Origin: Girardia tigrina
Taxonomy: Eukaryota
Length of the DNA stretch: 60,976 nt
Assembly: GCA_001938485.1 (NCBI GenBank)
Contig: MQRK01243220.1
Coordinates: 8,430 to 69,405, forward strand
Direction of reading: 5' to 3'
Shown here: one piece after another, positions 39,746 to 52,675 of the stretch
How positions within the stretch are numbered: position 1 is the stretch's first letter
Layout: each line of letters opens with the position of its first letter
The notes under the pieces: generated by a model
What the model saw: only the letters and a program-made list of their open reading frames with translations
What the model was told of the DNA's origin: nothing
Databases searched by the model: none
Program-made: the position numbers and the translations under genes

Positions 39746-42700
39746 TGTGAGGAATATTTGGTGTGTGGATGTTTTTGTGTAGTGTTTGCATGTTTAAATG
39801 TTGTATGTTGATTTTGGATTGTGCCTCTCCTAATCAGATGGATTGTCAATATTTAATTTCTTATATTCTGAAACTAATTTATTTAAATTTAGATTTAATT
39901 TTCAAATTTTTGATTTTTATTATTGTAACTTTTAAATAATTTTATTGATTTTATGTTTGTACATTTTTATATAATTAAAATCAAATTAATGTTTAAAAAT
40001 CACTATAAAAATATTTTATTTCTGCCAATAAAAATTAAATCAAATATTTTTAAATAAAATAATCTTCTCAAGTATAGTTCAGGTTATAATGACGGATATT
40101 GAAAATTGATTGATTGATCTTAGTGAAAGCAATAATATTGATCACCATAAAGATGATAAGAATTGTGAATGTAATAAATGTTCTGTCAAATGTGTGAGTT
40201 CTCTTAACATGGCGACTTCACACCACGTGACTCCGAACATCAAAAGTCCAGAAACATTCAATGGATCCGAGCACAAAGTAGAGGAATTCCTGATAAATAT
40301 TAACAGGTATTCAAAGATTATGGATAACAGAAAAAAACAAAGATTATTATAACAGATGAGAGAAAAATCCAACTGGTAACATGACTCCAGATGCGTTTCT
40401 GAGATACGAGAAGGCCCCAGGGAGTACTTGCGAAGAGAAAATGTGAGCAGCATTTTCAAAAGAGAAATCAATTTTTGATTTGATGAAAGATCTCATACAG
40501 TTAAGAGTAGGTTGCGGTGACCCGTCACTTGCGTTCCAAAAAGCAGATGAGATAATCGAAAAATTAATGGAGAAAAAGTTTGGTAAGAAAGAACTATCAA
40601 ACTTGGTCTATGCTGATATGATTGACGATGATAATGTCGATCAAGAGATAGCGATTCGAGGTGTGACAAAGGCAGAGGAGATCGAAAACATACAAATGAG
40701 GATGTATGAATACGGGAAAAAGAAAAGAAATTAACCGATTGCAGCATATTACACAAGAAAAGAAAACGATTGGAAAACTGTGGAGAATAAAAGAATAACA
40801 CCAAAACCACGGAACGACGAAGTAAAGAGAGACGGTACAAGTCGAAATTATAAAGTCAGAAAAATAATTTGTTGGGCATGTCATGAGGAAGGTCATGTTA
40901 GAAGAAAATGTCCGAACGTTAGGTGTAGCCACTGTCAAGGAAGAGGACACCTACGAACACATTGTTATGAAAACCCAAATAGGTTTAAAGATCGTGACCA
41001 ACGGAAATGGGACAATAATAGAAATCGTATGAATGACAGGAGAGATTATTTTAATCAGAGATATAGAGAAATATTCCTCAAGAGATGTGCGAACTTGAAT
41101 GAGTAGATATTGTAAATCGAGAACAGTGTAATAGTATGACAAGTCAAGATGGAAAGAAACTAAATGGTAAAACGGAAATATTGAAGATATCAAAGTTTAA
41201 GATAAATTATAATGAACTGAAAGGACGTCCATGTGTGGATTTTTACGTGAAAGATAGGAAAGTTCATTGCCTTTTGGATACTGGAGCAAGATTAAATGTA
41301 ATTAAAGCGCAGATAATTAAAACATGAAAGATATTAAAATAAGAGAAACGAAAAAAACGTATCCATTTCGCAAATGATTCAGAACTAATCAATTATGGAA
41401 TCGTTCAATTAAATGTGACTATTGAGGGCACACAAAAGTTAATAGAATTTTATGTGATTAAAGAACTAGACCCCGATATGATCGCAGGTATAGATTTCTT
41501 GGATAAATTCGGAATAAAACTGAAAAGACAGATACCTCGAGGTGGAGAAATATTGGTGATTAGAGACAACCCATCAGATGAGGACAGACTAAGAAGAATA
41601 ATGNNNNNNNNNNNNNNNNNNNNNNNNNNNNNNNNNNNNNNNNNNNTAGCAAATTATAAATCAGTATTCATGGCTGATAAGTGGGATATTGGGAAAACAT
41701 CATTGACAAAACACAGAATAGAAACACACGGGGATCCAATACTAGTAAAACCTTATCGGCAACCAAAACATTTTGAGGACAAATTGGATGATGTTATTAA
41801 AAATTTCGAAGAAAATGACATAATCGAAAAGTGTAGTTCATCATGAAATTTCCCATTAGTATGTGTGTGGAAGAAGGAAAAACAAGATATTCGAGTGTGT
41901 GTAGACTTCCGCCAGTTGAATAGAATTACCGTCAGGCCCGCATTCTCTATGTAAAATGTAGATGATATACTGAACACACTGAATGGTGCGCAATATTTTA
42001 GTACAATTGATCTTCGAAACGTGTACTACCAAGTCGAATTGGAAGAAGAATCAAAGATTGAAACAGCATTCTCAACAAAGACCGGGCAGTATTGTTTCTT
42101 CGTTATAGCAGAAGAGCCAGCAAATTGCCAAGAGCTAATGGTCAAAGTCTTTGAAGATTTAAACTGGAATGAAACAGTAGTAAATTTGGACGATATTTTT
42201 GTTTTTACAGAAAATAAAGAAGATCATATGCAACAAATAAAACATGTACTGGAAAAAATTAAGAATGCAGGTTTAAGAATTAACCCAGAAAAGTGCCAAT
42301 TTTTAACAGAAAGAACTAAATTTTTAGGATATATTGTCAGTAAGAATGGTATAGAAACTGATCAAACAAAGATTGATTCCATTAATAAATTTCAGAAGCC
42401 ATCATTTACATTTGAGAAGTTTCTTGGGTCTAACAAATTACTACAGAAAATTCTAAAAGATTACGCAAAATATTCAAAAGTATTAGAGGGTTTATGTGGT
42501 ACGAATAAGGACAAGAAAATAATATAGACTGAAGACTGCGATGAAGCTTTTCGAAAATTGAAAGAAAAAATGATCGACACCCCGATTCTGGCGTATGCAG
42601 ATTTTGAGAAGGAGTTTATACTGGATACAGAAGCAAGCTTCGATACAATCGGGGCAGTATTATCACAGAAGGACACGTATGGTAGAGAGAGAGTGATCGC

Positions 42701-44613
42701 GTATGGATCACATAAAATGAACAAACACGAGCTTGGATATTGTGTTACGAGAAAAGAATTACTGGCAATTTATTATTTTACGCAAAATTTTAAACACTTC
42801 TTATACTGTAAAATATTTTTACTAAGAACTGACCATAAAGCTATTACCTTCATGTTGAATACGAAAAACCCAATCACACCGTTATTTCAAACGTGAATAA
42901 ATTTTCTAAGTAGTTTGGATAGGAGAATGGAATATCGGAAAGGAGGAAAGCACTCAAATTCAGATGCAATGTCGAGAAATTCTTGTGAATTATGTAGTCA
43001 GTGTCAAGCAATGCACGAAGAGGCTAACAAAGAAAAGATCAAAACACGAATCTTGGATTTAGATGAAGAATCAAAAGAGTTCAAATGGCAAAATTATAAT
43101 GACGAAATAAATCAGATCAGAGAAGATATTAGAAAGGGCAGAACGAAGAAATGGATACTGAAAGACAATATTATGACAATAATAGATAACAAATATTGGA
43201 TTCCGAGAACCACAGGGCAGAATTCGTTGAAGACGCTCACAAGATGCTGTGCCATGCTGGTAGTAAAAAGGTTTATAACTATTTGAAAGATGATTTTGAT
43301 ATGGTTAATATGAGAGAGATAATTAAGGAAATTGTAAAATGTTGCATAAACTGTCAAAAAAGAAAGACTTTAACCACAAAAACGAAAGAAAGTTTTATTA
43401 AACAATTTGCTGGTGAACCATTTAAAAAGTTGTATATGGATTTTTGTGGACCATTTAAAAGGACTTTAAATGGATATCAATATATATTAGCTATAATCGA
43501 TCAATTTAGCAGGTATATAAGTCTGAATGCTTTAATTCATCAAGATGAGAAAACTGCTCGGAAGGTACTACTGGACAGATGGATTTGGAAATTCGGACTA
43601 CCAAAAGAGATCCATGTGGATAGAAGTAAAGCATTCGAATCGACACTCTTCAAAGACACAATGAAGTTATTTAAAGGATAAATAATTTACTCCGATCCTT
43701 ATCATCACAATATCAATGGCATCATTGAAAGACTATTTAGAACTATTAGGGATGCTATGAACATAAAGATAAAAGATCAAGCCCACAAAGATTGGACGGA
43801 AATTTTGCCAGAAGTAGAATCTATGATGAAAAGCACAATTCAAGCTACCACAGGTATCTCACCAGCGGAAAGGATATTTGGTAGGAAGCTAAGACATTGG
43901 TGGAAAGATACTAAGAAACAGAGTTGTAATAAGAAAGAAAAGATCGAAAATACGATAAAGACAAAAGGAATATTTCATACGGGTGATAAAGTGTTGATAA
44001 AAAAAATGCTACAAAGGAAGAAGACCGATATATGGGTCCAGCCACAGAAAAAAGCAGTAGACCTGAATGAAGTTATGAATTAGAGCTAGAAGAATGTAGA
44101 ATTTTGATCAGAAATGTGGAATGGCTAAAGCCATTTAAATCGAGGGGGATGTGAGGAATATTTGGTGTGTGGATGTTTTTGTGTAGTTTTTGCATGTTCA
44201 AATGTTGTATGTTGATTTTGGATTGTGCCTCTCCTAATCAGATGGATTGTCAATATTTAATTTCTTATATTCTGAAACTAATTTATTTAAATTTAGATTT
44301 AATTTTCAAATTTTTAATTTTTATTATTGTAACTTTTAAATAATTTTATTGATTTTATTTTTGTAAATTTTTAAATAATTAAAATCAAATTAATGTTTAA
44401 AAATGACTATAAAAATATTTTATTTCAACCAATAAAATTTAAATTAAATATTTTTTAATAAAATAATTTTCTCAAGTATAGTTCAGATTATAATGGGAGA
44501 TATTGAAAATTGATTGATGGATCTTAGTGAAAGCAATAATATAGATCACAATAAATATGATAAAAATTGTGAATGTAATAAATGTTCTGTCAAATGTGTG
44601 AGTTCTCTTCACA
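39746..44613 (+). mobile_element. Complete but degenerate Ty3/gypsy provirus, family A
   Basis: 464-bp LTRs 39746-40209 and 44150-44613; TSD CCCAT/TCCAT; PBS TGGCGAC; PPT; gag with two CCHC knuckles (CWACHEEGHVRRKC, CSHCQGRGHLRTHC); PR-RT-RH-IN order; many stops. Confidence 0.95.
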
Positions 44614-44689
44614 TCCATAAAATTCATTGCGCCAGTGATGGACCCTCGAGTGGAGGAGCTGGAAGTCAAGTCTGACAAAAAAGTTGTGA

Positions 44690-45630
44690 CCTTTTTAAAT
44701 TATTGTGTAATCTGGTTTATTTTAGTAAATGTTTGACAATGCTTTTAAAAAATTGTTTTTCTATTTTAATAAATAAATATTAATTTTTTTTTCAATGTTG
44801 TTATTTCCAATTTTCGTGAAATCCTTTTTATTTTATTCAAATTTGATATTTTAGAAAAACATATTAAAATACTTCTCCATTTTTTCATTATTTACTTGGT
44901 TTCTACACTGAATTCTTAATCGAGTTTCACACCGGAGCCTGTGGCTGTACGAGTGCGTTGAAGAAACAGATTATGATGAAGCACAGCGACGATTCCTTGA
45001 ATAATGTTCCCTTGACCTGTGAGACGGTTGAGACCGGTCCTTTTTTGAGAAAGACACTGAACTTTAATATGAAATCGAATAAACACAAAACGAAGAAATA
45101 TATCTCATCTTCCTCTGAGATACAACATCTACACTAAAATCGTAATCAATTTGCACACCGGAGCCTGTGGCTGTAACGGTTTTACCAGTCTCAATACCAA
45201 ATTTAATGGTTTGTAATTTTGCCTGTAACAGTTTTTTATTCTTGATGTATTTTAGTCTTTTTACCTTTAGTTTCACATGTGTCTAATTTTCAATATGTTG
45301 AATACTTTTATTTGTTTCAGAAGGTCGAATCAGACGAAATGGAATTACATAGTGACTTTTCGGCATCTGATGAATTACATAGTGATGAAACTGGATATAT
45401 TAATAAATTTCCGTTATCTAAGGAATCGTTGGAGTTGGTGGACCTGAAGACATTTGAGGAAAAAGAGTTATTGGTTTGTTTTTTTTGTTTTTAAAGAATA
45501 TCGCGTGAACAAATAAAATTTACCTCCAAATCTTTTTTTAATACTATACCATCTTAATAACCTTGGAAATAATCAGAATCACTTCAGAAACAGTCCTTAA
45601 TAACAGAATGAGTTTCACAGCGGTGTAGTA
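44690..45630 (+). repeat. Host exon-fragment cassette, copy 2
   Basis: Aligns with 59945-60861; acidic exon at 45321-45473. Confidence 0.85.
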
Positions 45631-47039
45631 GCGGTACAGTGGCATTGGTGGAGATTCTACGGTTAGGGTTTAGAAAGTCTTACCGAAGAAAATGATTTGA
45701 CATATCTTTCCAATTTCTGATTGATATCCAAAATTTGCGAAGATTATCTCCATACTCTGTGTTCATTTTAATATCGTCCCAATATAGCATCAATTTTATG
45801 ATGAGTTAGTTAAAATTTTCAATTCGTCAAAAAAATTAATAATTTTTTTAAATTTGAATGTTTTAAAAAATTAAAAATTTACAAAAGGTTTTAAAAGTAA
45901 AAATGATCTCAAAAGGAAAACAAAAAAATAAAATAGTTATATAAAACAAAAAAAATGTTTACATTCGTAAAAATGCATATATTTTCATAAATGTTTTGAA
46001 ATAAGAATTTTAAAATAAATAATCAACGGATTAAAATTTATAATATTTTCGATATAGTTTTTTAAAATAAAATGTTAAATTTTATAATTTTATGATAAAA
46101 TTTTTTTAAAACATTTTTAACTATAATTTAAAAAAACTAAAATGACACTATTTAAAAACATATTTGAAACGATGATATATTTTGACGGTTTTATTGTCAT
46201 ATTCACATTATGACTTTTAGCTTATTTATTGTTTATATATAGGAAATTGATGAGTATGCAATCTAACAATCAAACTCTAAAAATATGGATGACAGTGATG
46301 TTTGAATCATTAATTTTAGGGTAACGAGACCTTATTAACAACGCTTAACACAACACTTGTTCCAAATAATTTTTAAAATGCTTGCACAGAAATCCATACA
46401 CAGACTCGATACCCTGTAGAATGATGTTTTAATGTTGATTCTCCTGACGAGGCTTAAATAAACCTTGCTATATCGCAGCTGATTAATGAGAAAGCACCTG
46501 GGTCGAATGGAGTGATTGCTGAAGTTCTGAGGTGGGGTGGGCAACCAATCACTGACAAACTGAGGCTTGATTTTGAACTGATATGTAACGGTGTTCATGA
46601 ATTTCCACCGGCTTGGAGGAGTTCTAAAGTGGTGACACTATTCAAACAAGATCCGACCCGAACAACTACAGGGGTATCTTTCTCTTAGAAGTTACTGGTA
46701 AGGTTTTTGTGCGAATCATCGTAAATACAATCCTACCGGTGATGTAAGAACGACTGGATCCCTGACAATTTTGTTTTAGACCGAAAAGGGACACGTTTCA
46801 GGCTATTAGTATACTCAGGCGTATTAAGAACACCAATGTGGGTTTTCGAATATTTGAATTTTTTCGAATATTTTCAATACAATTTGAATTGTCCCTTTAA
46901 CAACTCTCAGTTAAGCTTTCTGAATTTGACATCGTTCTAAATTGAAAAAAAAATTTTTATTTTTGTTTTTTAATAAACTAAAATAATAAAATAATATACT
47001 AAAATAATAATAAATAAAATTATTCGAACAAAGAAAGAA

Positions 47040-50000
47040 AATTATATGAACGAACAATTTTATCAAATATGTAACTTAGAAGCCAAATTTGGACGTAAGG
47101 TTACAAACGAGTAAAGATTCAAAAGAGCCATGGAAATTATGAAAATTGCAGATGTGAGGGATAATTGTGAATGTTGTAAGTTTGTTGTTTTTATGCTGTT
47201 TAGATTTGTGACTCTCCTACTCAGATGGGATTGATATGTTATTTGATTAATTATTTTAATCTAATGAAANNNNNNNNNNNNNNNNNNNNNNNNNNNNNNN
47301 NNNNNNNNNNNNNNNNNNNAAATTAAAGTACTAATTAATTAAAGTTTGATAATTGTGAATTTTAATAATATTTTCAGTAAACGATTTTAACTTATTAAAT
47401 TTAATATTTTTAAAAATTAATGTTTATTTTAAAAATTAGATAATATATTTTTATCTAATAAAATTTATGAGAAATTAAAATGTAATATTAATATTTCCCC
47501 ATTCATTATTTTTTTCATATTTAAATATTTAATCAAAAACTATATTAATCAAAGAAAGATGACCACTGAAAATTGTTGTGAAGAATCTGTTTGTGTTGTA
47601 AATAAATGTTTGCATTCAAATTGTGATGTTGTTAATAGCAGATAAGCCAAAGATTGTGGATATTGTTAAAAAAACATCAAGGAGTTTTTATGGCGGATAA
47701 ATTGGATATCTGATGTACGACGATGATTAAACATAGAATAGACACGAAAGGACCTCCAATTAACATTAGACCACATAGGCAACCAGTTAATCTTGAAGAA
47801 AAGATCGATGAGACTATTAAGAATTTGTGGGAAAGCAACATTATTAAGAAATGTAATTCGCTATGGAATACACCGATAATTTGTGTATGGAAGAAAGAAA
47901 AGAATGATGTTAGAATTTGCTTGGATTTTAGACAGCTAAACCTAGTCACGGAGGGACAGGCATTTCCTATGCCAAATATGATAGAAATGATGGACAGACT
48001 GTATGGAGCCAGATATTTCACATCAATTGATTTAGGCAATGCATACTACTAGGTCGAACTAGAGGAAGATTCAAAGCTAAAAACAGCATTTTCCTCAAAG
48101 CTTGGACAATTTTGTTTCAATAGAATGCCGTTTGGTATTGCAGCGGCACCGAGAACGGTATTGGATCAAATCGGAAAAGCAGGCTTAAGAATTAATCCGG
48201 AAAAGTGTCATATCTTAAAAACAGAAGTTAAATTTTTGGGACATGTAATTAATGATAAAGGTATACAGACGAACCCATCTAAAGATGAGCCATAAAGACA
48301 TTTGAAAAACCGAAATATGTAAAGAATCTAAGAAGTTTCCTTGGAATTTGCAATTATTAAAGACGATTTATTAATGACTACGCAACAAAGGCAACATTAG
48401 AACAACTGTGTGGATTGAACAAGAAGAAATTTTTATGGACAGACGCATGTGATGTAGCATTTGCAGAGATGAAAGAGGCTTGAAAAACACCACCGATTCT
48501 AGGATTCCCAGACTTCAAGAAAGAATTTATACTGGACACTGATGCCAGTTCGACACAATTGGAGCAGTATTATTCCAAAGAGACAAGGACGGACGTGAGA
48601 GAGTTATTACATATGGTTCACACTCCATGAATAATCATGAAAAAAGATACTGCATTACGAGGAAGGAGCTGTTGGCAATGTATTACTTCTGTCAACATTT
48701 TAATCCGTATTTATACTGGATGTGATTCACTTTGAGAATGGATCAAAAGACAATTACGTTTATGGTTAAAACAAAAAAACCGATAACGGCGCAATTTCAG
48801 ACATGGATTAATTATTTATCAAGTCTTGACATACACTTAGAATACAGAAAAGGAACAGATCATTCCAACGCAGATATGCTGTCTCGAAATACATATGATA
48901 CATGTATACAATGCTTGATGGCTCATGAAGATGCTAAAATGATGAAGATAAAGACTCGAAGAATCAACATTCTGGACACATCGCAGATATTCAAATATCA
49001 ACAAGAAGAAATAGAAGAAATTGAAAGAGACACAAGTTCAGGTAAAGACAGAAAGCTTACGATTGAAGACGGCATAATAAGAACAAACATGGGGAAGATT
49101 TGGATACCAAAATCAAAACGAGAAGAAATGATCATAAAAATACATATATTATTGTCGCACGCGGGTGTAGAGAAAGTAATGAAATATATCTCTGAAAATT
49201 ATGACATGATCAATCGGAATGAAATAATAAAAGAAGTAATTGGACAATGTGAAGCATGCCAAAAAAGTAAAACATTAACGACCGCTATGAAGGAAAAATG
49301 GGTGACATTGGTCGCAAATGAACCATTTGAGAAAGTGTACATAGACATATGTGGACCACTAAAGGAGACTTGGAGAAGAAAAAAGTATATTGTTGCAATC
49401 ATAGATCAGTTTAGTAGGTACATATCTTTGACAGCCATTAACAAGCAGGATGAAATAGCCATAAAAGACATCATAATGACCAAATGGATATTGAGATTTG
49501 GAGCGCCGATGGAAATACATACAGATTGTGGGAAGACATTCGAATCGAAAGTAATCAAAGACATGGCAGAATCAATGAATATAAAAATGTGTTACTCGAG
49601 TCCGTACCATCATAACACGAATGGAATAGTAGAAAGACAATTTCGGACGATTAGAGAATACTTAAACGCATCGTTACATACAAAGAAAAGATCAGACTGG
49701 GAGGAACTACTACCGGAAATAGAATTCACATTAAACGCAACTTTTCAGAAAACAATAGGGAAAGGCCCAGCAGAAATTATATTCGGTAAGAAAATATACA
49801 GAGAAAGATGACATAGTTAAGACATAAAGGTACAGCAAGAAAAAGAAGACACAACAACCAGAAGAAATTTCGAAATTGGAGATGAAGTACTAGTCAAGGT
49901 GGAAACGGGGATAAAGAGTAAAGATAAATATGAAGGANNNNNNNNNNNNNNNNNNNNNNNNNNNNNNNNNNNNNNNNNNNNNNNNNNNNNNNNNNNNNNN

Positions 50001-50560
50001 NNNNNNNNNNNNNNNAATTTTAGATCGAAACGTGGAAAAATTGAGAAAATTCTTAAAGAAGGGGGATATGAGGGGTTAATTTAAATTTTTATCTCGCCTG
50101 AATAATTTATTATTTTTTAATTTAAAGAGTAAAACATTTTTATGTTAATATGCTTATTCAATATTTTAAAATTAAAAATGATATAATAAAAATAATAAAA
50201 AACTATTAAAAAATCAAAAACGTTTTTAAAAATAAAATATTTTTTAATGTGTTCTTAAATATTTTAAAAAAATTAAAAATGATATAATAAAAGAAAATCA
50301 TAAAAAATAAAATATCTATTTAAAAATAAAAATATCTTTTAATGTATCTATTAAATATCTTAAAATTAAAAATGTCAAGAAAACAAAAATATTCAATATT
50401 TATGTATAAATAAAAATATTTTTAATAAGTAATTTTAAAAAACTTTGAAATAAATTTTGAAAATAAAGTTTAAATAATTTTCGAAATAAATTTTCAGGAT
50501 TTTAAAAATTAAATCGAAAAGAATTTAATAGATTAATTTGGGTCGAGATAATTAAATTAA
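47040..50560 (+). mobile_element. Ty3/gypsy family B, pol and 3' LTR
   Basis: RT, RH and a 359-aa IN ORF (HHCC, YIDICGP, NGIVER); PPT GAAGGGGGA near 50058. Confidence 0.9.
47153..47637 (+). mobile_element. Solo LTR inserted in the family B element
   Basis: TGTGAGGG...GTTGTTAATA; perfect TSD GCAGA; the uninterrupted site is visible near 54305. Confidence 0.9.
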
Positions 50561-52675
50561 ATTAACAGGAAAATTTGTTTTAAAGATGTGAATTGTTATA
50601 TAAATAAATTTTGGTGTTAAAAAAATGAATCCTGATACTGAGGTTGCAACCACTTCTCACAATTTTCAGATTTTATTTTCATTTTATAATTTTAGTAATA
50701 ATTTTATCTACATATTAATTTTATTTTAAAAATGATTTTCTTTAAAGAAAAAACATTTAATTAATCAATTTGAAAATTAGTTAAAAATTATTTACTTATT
50801 TGAATTTTTAATATTAGAATTTGAAAAGATTTAATATTTTTAAAGTTTTTTAAATATCTTATGTTGTAATTTAAAATTCAAATTATGCTCGAATAACTAT
50901 TAATCGTGAACTTCCAAAATATCAATTTTCCATCGGGGTGGGAGAAACACATTTCCAAATACTAAACTCAACATACAAATTCAACATACAAATTTCAACA
51001 TACCAAATTTTAAAATATTCCTCACAAGGTGTATAGAGGAAGAAGGTCGATACAGGAACAAGGAGGTATATGTGATTTTCATTGATTTGAAAAAAGTATT
51101 TGACAGTGTCCCACGCGAAGTTCTGTAGGCATGCCTGAAAAGATTCGGCTTAATCAACAAGATTCTCTCTCTTCTCAAAGAATTTCATGAGAATTTTATT
51201 GCGCCTGTAGGAAACAGTAATTTTCCCATGGAAAGAGAGTTTAGGCAGGGATGTATGATGGGACCTAGTTTATTCAACTTGGTCTTCGATGAAGTTATCA
51301 AAACGGCTATACTGAAATGATTCAGGAGAGTTGTCACTCTGATCGATGAGCAAGGCACTGAATTTCAAGTGAAGTAAATATACTAAGGAGCACATTTCTT
51401 GAGTTTGGACAGATATTAAGTGCGACTAAGGCAAAAGTCATATGCCTTACTGACGAATCAGGCTCTGTAATATCGTAAGTAAAAGTTGGTGAGAAGGTCA
51501 TAGAATGATTGAAAGAATTCTGTTATCTCAGAAGTATATTGGCCACGAAATGGAATGTGGAAGCTTAAATAATTGCAACCTGCAATTCAGAGTAACTGTG
51601 TCCCAATAGTATTGAAGAGAAAACTGATTGAGACTATTATTTTTCCTGTGGTATAATATGGTAGTGAGTGCTGAGTAACATCTGAGAAGTACGTTGCACG
51701 GTTTGCAGGCCGTCCATAATTGCCACACGAGAACAACTCACAAAAATACCAAACTCGACAGGAACCCGAAGAAGAATATGACGATTGGACTGACTGGGAC
51801 AAGAGTGATTCTAACCAAAAGACGCATAATATTCTATGAATACAATTCACAGAAGGGTGCAATTGAGTTTTAAAGAGTTCTGAACTCTGAGATCGCCTCA
51901 GAAAATCACAGAATCAGCGGTTATAAAAAACAAATAATGAGAGAGCGCATTACTCGCGATGTGCTTTGGATATTCAACGATCCGGTAGATTTGGCAAAAT
52001 ACAGGGAAAGTATAAACGAAAGAGGGCTGCATGACAATGATGATGAATTTAAACACTTGATCAAAAAACCATATCTGAGCGACTAAAAAAAGTAATCGAG
52101 CACGAGAAGAAATATCCGAAAATGTTTCAGCCGCACATTAACCTATTAACTTGCTCCTTCCTTTCTTGCTTTAAAAAATTTGTTAAGCAGAAGGAACTCA
52201 TAAGACACATTAAGAATGTTCATCTGGCCACGGCACAGACAGAGAGATGGTGGTTTATTCATATGTCCCATGGAGAACTGCCACAAAAGTTATAAAACTG
52301 ATGGATGGCTACAATGGCATTTATTAATTAATTATTGAATCCAAAGTAATAGTTTTAGGAACATCCAAGTAGTACAAAGAGCAGAAATAGAAAGACGTAC
52401 TGAACATTTGTACTTGGACGCGGAACATGATATGTCAGTGTCTGTCGGTGTAACAGATGAGAACTGTCCAAGAGTAATCCATAGTGTGGTGCTGAATTTC
52501 CCGCTGGATAGTATATCGGATAAGGGAATGTTTCATTGCCCATTTCCCCGTCGATAAAGTGTGTTTATACAGCCAAAAGTCTCCAGAATCACGGAACAAA
52601 GGAACATAAGTGGTCATTTCTCAGAGGGAAGCTGAAGCATACCCATGCATTGAAAGCTAGCACTCTTGTATCTGA

